A stretch of DNA of 32,000 bases from Phycisphaera mikurensis NBRC 102666. Its GTDB lineage: Bacteria; Planctomycetota; Phycisphaerae; Phycisphaerales; Phycisphaeraceae. The stretch's first letter is position 1; every line of letters begins with the position of its first letter. The position numbers and the translations under genes were made by a program. Under the pieces are notes generated by a model. It saw only the letters and a list, made by a program, of their open reading frames with translations. It was not told the origin of the DNA and made no database searches. Below, piece by piece: positions 26,522 to 32,000 of this stretch. The stretch covers positions 3,771,226-3,803,225 of the forward strand of contig NC_017080.1 in assembly GCF_000284115.1 (NCBI RefSeq). Reading direction: 5' to 3'.

Positions 26522-27312
26522 GCGCCCCGCCGCCGCGGACCGTGGGGCAAGAACGCCGCCCGGACCCGCGGTCCGCGGCCTCCGGCCGCGCGGCGCTCGC
26601 CGCGGCCGCGGCCGTGGCGGCGGCCGCGGGCGTCGCCGTGCGTGTCGACGCCCAGTTCCTGCCCGACCCCGCGGCGGGCACGGAAGCCGGCAGCGCCACC
26701 CCCTACACCGAGCAGACGGTCGGCGACGTCGACCCGCTCGCGCGGTCGCTGCGTTTCATCGACCCCGCGCAGGCCGCCGACGTGATGCGCGACCGCGTTC
26801 TGCGGGCCCGGGCGGTCGACCCGCTCGCCCCCGGCGACGGAGGCGGCGTGTCCGGGCGCGGCTTCCTCTACCGCGCCCCGGGCGTGCGTGCCCGCTTCGC
26901 GCGGCCCGTGTACCGGACGTGGACCGCGTACGGCGAGACCCTCAACGGCACCCCCGCGCGGCAGGGCGATTTCGAGGAAGTCATCCCGCCGGACACCGTC
27001 TTCGACCTGACGCTGCCCCCCCGGCCGACCGCCGAGCTGACGCCCTTCAGCGCCGGCATGGTCGCCGAGCACCGGCTCCCGCTCGCGCAGCCGGCCCCGC
27101 CGATGGACCGCCGGATCGTCGCCCCGGCGCTGGGCGTGGGCGCGCGGCCGCCCGGGGAGCGGAGCCTTCCCCCGCGGAGCCCCGACCCGGAAGCGGCCGC
27201 CCAGCCGCGGCGGCTGCAGCCGTGGGTGCGTGTGGAGCGGGACGCGGAGGGGCGGCTGCGGGTGGTGGAAGCGGACGCGCCGGAGGCGCGGCCCCCCGCG
27301 TCGGAGCCCTGA
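26518..27312 (+). CDS. Hypothetical exported protein, coupled to the preceding gene (GTGA overlap)
   Basis: GTG start overlapping the upstream TGA. Hydrophobic AALAAAAAVAAAAGVAVRVDAQ followed by coding-like FLYRAPGVRARFARPVYRTWTAYGETLNGTPARQGDFEEVIPPDTVFDLTLPP. Confidence 0.6.
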   Translation: MSAPPPRTVGQERRPDPRSAASGRAALAAAAAVAAAAGVAVRVDAQFLPDPAAGTEAGSATPYTEQTVGDVDPLARSLRFIDPAQAADVMRDRVLRARAVDPLAPGDGGGVSGRGFLYRAPGVRARFARPVYRTWTAYGETLNGTPARQGDFEEVIPPDTVFDLTLPPRPTAELTPFSAGMVAEHRLPLAQPAPPMDRRIVAPALGVGARPPGERSLPPRSPDPEAAAQPRRLQPWVRVERDAEGRLRVVEADAPEARPPASEP

Positions 27313-27405
27313 GCGCGAGTCGCTCCCGGCCCGGACGCCGCGGCCGGTCGCGGCGAACCGAGCTCCGGGCGTCCGCGAACGTGGCTGCCGGCCTCCAACG
27401 CCCCG

Positions 27406-28152
27406 TCACCCGTCTCCCGTCGGGTGGAGCGCCTCCCGCAGCGCGCGATCGATGACCCCGAAGCCGAAGCCCCGCCGGGCCAGCTGCCCCTGCAGCCGCC
27501 GCCGCCGGGCCTGGGGGTCGAGGCGCTGCATCGACGGCGTCGAGGCCTTCTTAACGGCGAAGGCGATCGCCTCGGCGTCCACGTCCTCGCCGGCCTCCGC
27601 CCGCTGCTTCCGGTCGTCGCGGTGCTCGGCGAGCACGGCGTCGGCGACGCCGCGGGGCACCCGCTTCTCCATCAGCTTCTGCCGCAGCAGCCGCTCGCCG
27701 GCGGGCTTGGCCCGGAGCGTCTCGCGGACGAGGGCGCGGGCGAACGCGGCGTCGTCGAGCAGGCCCAGCCGGCCCACGCGGTCCAGGGCGGAGCCGACCG
27801 CCTCGGGCTCGTGGCCGGCGCGGCGGAGGCGGTCGGCGAGCATCCCGCGGCTCATCGCGCGGCTGCCGATGCGGTTGCAGGCCGAGCGAAAGGCTCTGTC
27901 GTGCCCGGCGGCGCGGGTGACGGCCTCCGCCAGCGCCGCCGTCCACGCCAGGTCCGGCTCGAGGCGAAGCTCCTGCGCCCGCTCCACCGGGAGCGTCGCC
28001 ACGACGCGGCCCTTGCTCGCCCGGCGTCCCTCCGCCGCCGGCCAGCCCACCCGCACCGTCACCCGCCCGGGGTCCCGCTGCGTCGGCCGCAGCTCGCGGA
28101 TGACGCGTCCCACGGCGAACGCCTCGCCTCCGGGATGGGGTTCTTCGGGCAC
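27406..28152 (-). CDS. recX: Regulatory protein RecX
   Basis: NRIGSRAMSRGMLADRLRRAGHEPEAVGSALDRVGRLGLLDDAAFARALVRETLRAKPAGERLLRQKLMEKRVPRGVADAVL. Confidence 0.85.
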   Translation of the reverse strand: MPEEPHPGGEAFAVGRVIRELRPTQRDPGRVTVRVGWPAAEGRRASKGRVVATLPVERAQELRLEPDLAWTAALAEAVTRAAGHDRAFRSACNRIGSRAMSRGMLADRLRRAGHEPEAVGSALDRVGRLGLLDDAAFARALVRETLRAKPAGERLLRQKLMEKRVPRGVADAVLAEHRDDRKQRAEAGEDVDAEAIAFAVKKASTPSMQRLDPQARRRRLQGQLARRGFGFGVIDRALREALHPTGDG

Positions 28153-28299
28153 GGGACGACCGTACCGCTCCCGGGCCGCGGTTTCCCGGGAGCCGGGCGG
28201 AGCGAGCGGATCGACCCACGCCGCGGGGCTCGGAGGATCCAGCGTCCGAGCCGGGGCACCCCCGCGGCTGCGCTTCTGGCGGAGCCCCCGGGCAGCGGT

Positions 28300-29145
28300 T
28301 CAGCCCGGCTGGCACGCCACGCAGTGCACGGTCGCCCGCTGCGCCAGCCGCGACGCCACGAGCGGCGAGCCGCAGGCCGTGCACGGCCGGCCGCCGCGGC
28401 CGTAGACGCGGTGCTCGCGCTGGGCGGTGCCGGCCTCGCCGTCGACCCCGGCGTGGTCGCGCAGGGTGGAGCCGCCCAGCGCGACCGCGCGGCGGAGGAC
28501 CGCCCGGATGCCGCGGACCAGCGCCTGGATCCGGTCCGCGGGCACGCGGTCCGCGGGCAGGTGCGGGGCGAGGCGGGCGGCGAAGCAGGCCTCGTCGGCG
28601 TAGATGTTGCCCAGGCCGGCGAGCACGGACTGGTCGAGCAGGGCCGCCTTGAGCGGGCGGCGGGTGCGGGCGAGGGCGGCCCGGAGCGGGGCCGTCCGGG
28701 CGTCGAGCGCGTCGGGTCCCAGGGCGGCGAAGCGGCGGGCTCGGAGGTCGGCCAGGCTGGGGTGGACGCCCAGGCCGCCGAAGCGGCGCGGGTCGACGAA
28801 GCGCAGCTCCGCGCCGCTCCCGAGCGTCCAGCGGGCGTGCGTGTGCGGCGGGACGGGTTCGGCCGCCGCGTCGGCCACGAACCGCAGCCCGCCGGACATC
28901 CCCAGGTGGACCCACACCGCCCCGCCGGCGGCGCCCTCGATCGCCAGCTGCTTCCCGTGCCGGTGCACCCCCGCGACGACGTCGCCGGCGAGCAGCTGCC
29001 CGGGGGCGGGCGTCGCGTAGACGCGGCGGGCCAGCGAGGCCCGCACCACCGGGTGCGGGCCGAGCGTGACGCCGGCCACCCGGCGGCCGGTGAGGCGGGC
29101 GGCGAGCCCGCGGCGGACCGTCTCGACCTCGGGCAGCTCCGGCAC
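28300..29145 (-). CDS. mutM: Formamidopyrimidine-DNA glycosylase (Fpg/MutM)
   Basis: M/VPELPEVETVRRGL...HRHGKQLAIE...WVHLGMSGGLRF...RFVDPRRFGG...LKAALLDQSVLAGLGNIYADEACF...VYGRGGRPCTACGSPLVASRLAQRATVHCVACQ. Complete zinc finger. Confidence 0.96.
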   Translation of the reverse strand: MPELPEVETVRRGLAARLTGRRVAGVTLGPHPVVRASLARRVYATPAPGQLLAGDVVAGVHRHGKQLAIEGAAGGAVWVHLGMSGGLRFVADAAAEPVPPHTHARWTLGSGAELRFVDPRRFGGLGVHPSLADLRARRFAALGPDALDARTAPLRAALARTRRPLKAALLDQSVLAGLGNIYADEACFAARLAPHLPADRVPADRIQALVRGIRAVLRRAVALGGSTLRDHAGVDGEAGTAQREHRVYGRGGRPCTACGSPLVASRLAQRATVHCVACQPG

Positions 29146-29199
29146 GGCGGAAGGTAGCGCCGGGCCGGCCCGGCCCCCCCGAGGCCGTACCGTCCGCTC

Positions 29200-30423
29200 A
29201 TGCTGATCCTCCCGATGCTCGCCGCGATGGCTCCCGTCGCCGACCCCGACGCCGTGCGCCCGCCGGCCACCACCGCCGATTGGGTCATGCTCGGCGTGTA
29301 CCTCGGCCTCGCCGTGGGCGTGTCCTTCCTCTGCTCGCTGCTGGAGGCCGGGCTGCTCTCGGTGAGCGCGGGCTACGTGGGCAGCCTCGAGGCCGAGGGC
29401 AGCAAGACCGGCGAGCGGCTGGCGCGGATGAAGCAGTCGATCGACAGGCCGCTGGCGGCGATCCTCACGCTCAACACGATCGCTCACACGGTCGGCGCCG
29501 CCGGCGTGGGGGCGCAGTCGCTGAAGATCTTCGGGTCCGAGTGGGTGGCCGCGACCTCGGCGATCGTCACGCTGCTGATCCTGGTCTTCTCGGAGATCAT
29601 CCCCAAGAGCCTGGGCGCGGCCAACGCCAACCGGCTCGCGCCGTTCACGGCGAGCGTCGTGTCGTTCCTGACCTGGTCGATGTTCCTGATCATCACGCCG
29701 CTGCAGTGGATCTCGAGCTTGTTCGGCGGCGGCCACAAGGAGGCTCTTTCTCGCGCCGAGGTCGCGTCGATGGCGGAGATCGGGCTCGCCGACGGGGCGC
29801 TCAAGCCCGAGGAAAGCCGCGTGATCCAGAACCTGATCAGCCTCTCGGAGGTGCTGGTCTCGGACATCATGACCCCGCGGACCGTGGCCTTCGCCCTCGC
29901 CGACACCACCACGGTCGCCCAGGCCGTCGAGGAGAAAGGGCCCCTGCGCTTTTCGCGGATCCCGGTCTTCAAGGAGGACATGGACCACTGCCTGGGCCTG
30001 GTCACGCGCAGCGAGATCCTCCACGCCCACGCCGAGGGCAAGCTCGACACGCCGCTGGCCGAGCTGGTGAGCCCGATCTCGCGGGTGAGCCACGAGCTCG
30101 ACGTCTCCACCCTGCTCCGCCGGCTGATCACCGGGAACGAGCACCTGATGCTGGTGACCGACGAGTTCGGCAGCACCGACGGGCTCGTGTCGCTGGAGGA
30201 CTGCCTGGAGACGCTGCTGGGCACGGAGATCGTCGACGAGACCGACGGCCACGCGGACATGCGCGAGCTCGCCCGCGAGCTCATGAAGAAGCGGCGGGGC
30301 AAGGCGGAGCTGATTGCCGCCCCGCCGCCGTCCGCCCCCGGCGCGGCCGACGTGCTCGAGGCCGATCCGCAGCGGCCCGACCCCGAGCCGGGCATCGGCT
30401 CGGGCGACAAGCCGCCTTCCTGA
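29200..30423 (+). CDS. CNNM transmembrane (DUF21) + CBS domain protein (CorC/hemolysin-like)
   Basis: FLCSLLEAGLLSVSAGYVGSLEAEGSKTGERLARMKQSIDRPLAAILTLNTIAHTVGAAGVGAQ...VFSEIIPKSLGAANANRLAP...VSDIMTPRTVAFAL...GLVTRSEILHA...HLMLVTDEFGSTDGLVSLEDCLETLLGTEIVDETD. Confidence 0.93.
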   Translation: MLILPMLAAMAPVADPDAVRPPATTADWVMLGVYLGLAVGVSFLCSLLEAGLLSVSAGYVGSLEAEGSKTGERLARMKQSIDRPLAAILTLNTIAHTVGAAGVGAQSLKIFGSEWVAATSAIVTLLILVFSEIIPKSLGAANANRLAPFTASVVSFLTWSMFLIITPLQWISSLFGGGHKEALSRAEVASMAEIGLADGALKPEESRVIQNLISLSEVLVSDIMTPRTVAFALADTTTVAQAVEEKGPLRFSRIPVFKEDMDHCLGLVTRSEILHAHAEGKLDTPLAELVSPISRVSHELDVSTLLRRLITGNEHLMLVTDEFGSTDGLVSLEDCLETLLGTEIVDETDGHADMRELARELMKKRRGKAELIAAPPPSAPGAADVLEADPQRPDPEPGIGSGDKPPS

Positions 30424-30447
30424 GCCCGCCGCCGGGCCGGCCCCGGC

Positions 30448-31713
30448 TTAGCCGCTGCCGCGGAGCAGCGCCCGCAGCCGGGCGGCGAGCGCGGGCCCGG
30501 GCGTGCGGTCGCGGCGGGCCAGCTGGCGTCCGACGGCGGTGAGGAACGCTTCCTCCCGCATCGCCGCCGGGCCGGCGTCGGTCGTGAACGTCATCGGCGG
30601 GACGAAGGACGGGGCGATGGCGGAACCCGCAAGGCAGGCCCCGGTGCCGACGCAGCAGCCGGTGGGCAGGCGGGTGCCGATCGCGGTCTTGACGAAGTCG
30701 CCGACGATCGGGCCTTGCGAGGAGCGGCCGGTGTCCTCCCGATCGGCGTCGGCGGCGAGCTTCACGCGGACCGGGCCGTAGGTGTTCTTCAGATTGGAGG
30801 CGGTGGTGCCGGCGCCGAAGTTGCACCAGGCGCCGACGACCGCGTCGCCCAGGTAGCCGCCGTGGGCCTTGTTGCTGTGGGCGCCCACGATCGCGGCCTT
30901 CACCTCGCCGCCCACCTTGCCGCCGAGGCCCAGCGCGACCGGTCCGCGGAGCTGCGTGTGCGGGGCGACGACGACGCCCCGGCCGATCCACACCGGGCCG
31001 ATGATCACCGCCAGCGCCTGCACCGCGGCGCCCGCCTCGATCACCACCGGCCCGGCGCCGCCGTCGATCACCGCCGACGGGTGGATGCTCGCTTCGGGGT
31101 GGGCGTGGACGCCCTCGCCGCGGGCGGGGTCGTCCTCGTCGGGGCCGCCCGGGAGCCAGGCGTCGGCGTCCACCGCGAGCCCGAGCGCGAGGCGATCGAG
31201 CAGGTCCCACGGGCGGCGCACGGCGGCGGCTTCGCCCAGCCGCCCGGCCGCGCGGCAGCCCTCCGGGACGCCGGCGAAGCCCGAAGCCGCCCAGGCCGCC
31301 GCGGCCGCGGCCGCGGCGACGACGCCGAGCACCGCCCCGTCGGCGTCCACGAGCGCCTCGCCGACGCCCAGCCCCGCGAGCCGCCGCGCGACCGCGGCGT
31401 CGAGCCCGTCCCAGCGGCCGTTGACCGCGAGGACGGCCCCCTCCGGCGGGGCCTCCGGGTTCACGGCCGCGCCGCCGCCCGCCCCGGCCTCCCGCTCCGC
31501 CTGCAGCGCCGCCAGCCCCCCGGGCACCCACACCGCGGCGGCGCGGCGGCCCAGCCGGCCTTCCTGCCGGCGGCGCAGCGTCCGGCCGCCGGCCGGGAGC
31601 TCGAACGCCGGCCGCAGGTCCGTCAGCGGGCCGAAGCGGCCGAGGCCGTCGTCGAAGAGCCACAGCGGGCGGATCGGGGCGTCGTCGGGTGCAGCGTCCA
31701 CCGGGTGCGTCAT
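30448..31713 (-). CDS. GlmU-like putative sugar nucleotidyltransferase with left-handed beta-helix domain
   Basis: PIRPLWLFDDGLGRFGPLTDLRPAFELPAGGRTLRRRQE...HPEASIHPSAVIDGGAGPVVIEAGAAVQALAVIIGPVWIGRGVVVAPHTQLRGPVALG...VGAWCNFGAGTTASNLKNTYGPVRV...TAIGTRLPTGCCVGTGACLAGSAIAPSFVPPM. Confidence 0.82.
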   Translation of the reverse strand: MTHPVDAAPDDAPIRPLWLFDDGLGRFGPLTDLRPAFELPAGGRTLRRRQEGRLGRRAAAVWVPGGLAALQAEREAGAGGGAAVNPEAPPEGAVLAVNGRWDGLDAAVARRLAGLGVGEALVDADGAVLGVVAAAAAAAAWAASGFAGVPEGCRAAGRLGEAAAVRRPWDLLDRLALGLAVDADAWLPGGPDEDDPARGEGVHAHPEASIHPSAVIDGGAGPVVIEAGAAVQALAVIIGPVWIGRGVVVAPHTQLRGPVALGLGGKVGGEVKAAIVGAHSNKAHGGYLGDAVVGAWCNFGAGTTASNLKNTYGPVRVKLAADADREDTGRSSQGPIVGDFVKTAIGTRLPTGCCVGTGACLAGSAIAPSFVPPMTFTTDAGPAAMREEAFLTAVGRQLARRDRTPGPALAARLRALLRGSG

Positions 31714-32000
31714 GCCCGGGTTGTACGCGGTCGCGGCCCGGGTTGCCGCCCCGATCGCCGCCGCCGTGTCGGCGTTGCGGCCGTGCGATCCGCCGGGAAC
31801 GCGGTTCCCGCCCCGGCCTGCGGGCAACGCTTTGACACCCCCCGGAGCCGTCTCTACGGTGCCGGGCGGCCCCGCCGAGTCCGCGTTTTTCCCGCAACGA
31901 CGCCACGAACACCGCCCCGAACGCCGGCTTTCGCCCGCCGGCCGGCGATCCCCTTGCCGCCGCGGCCGCGCCCCCACGGCCCCGCTCCGCTCCTTGACCA

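Overview
This is a very GC-rich chromosomal window whose gene content fits a Phycisphaerae-type planctomycete; the taxonomic guess is inference. Most of it is ordinary housekeeping or niche genes. These are rhomboid protease, D-hexose-6-phosphate mutarotase-like, LOG-family protein, a secreted GH16 agarase/porphyranase-like enzyme divergent from a GHL-type glycosidase, AraC regulator divergent from a PhyH dioxygenase, a PEP-CTERM-like protein, a clan-A glycoside hydrolase, an SPL-family radical SAM protein, groES-groEL, arfB-NUDIX, a second AraC protein, recX, mutM, a CNNM/CBS protein and a GlmU-like protein. The accessory part is an approximately 4.6 kb mosaic at 13.7-18.2 kb. It holds a VapBC-like toxin-antitoxin pair, a truncated ORF, an IS256-family element with 29-bp terminal inverted repeats, and a REP-associated tyrosine transposase (RAYT, HUH/Y1) flanked by BIME-like palindromic repeats. 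Upstream of the RAYT these repeats form an array of 5 units with a 96-bp period (10 REP-like hairpins), and one more unit plus a half unit lies downstream. The mosaic ends with an HsdS C-terminal fragment, a short-repeat patch and a decayed HicAB pair. The RAYT/BIME locus with a GGGT-headed REP family is the most interesting candidate, especially the IS256 end abutting a partial BIME and the apparently compensatory variation in the spacer. Many long ORFs in the supplied track are high-GC shadow ORFs and were rejected.
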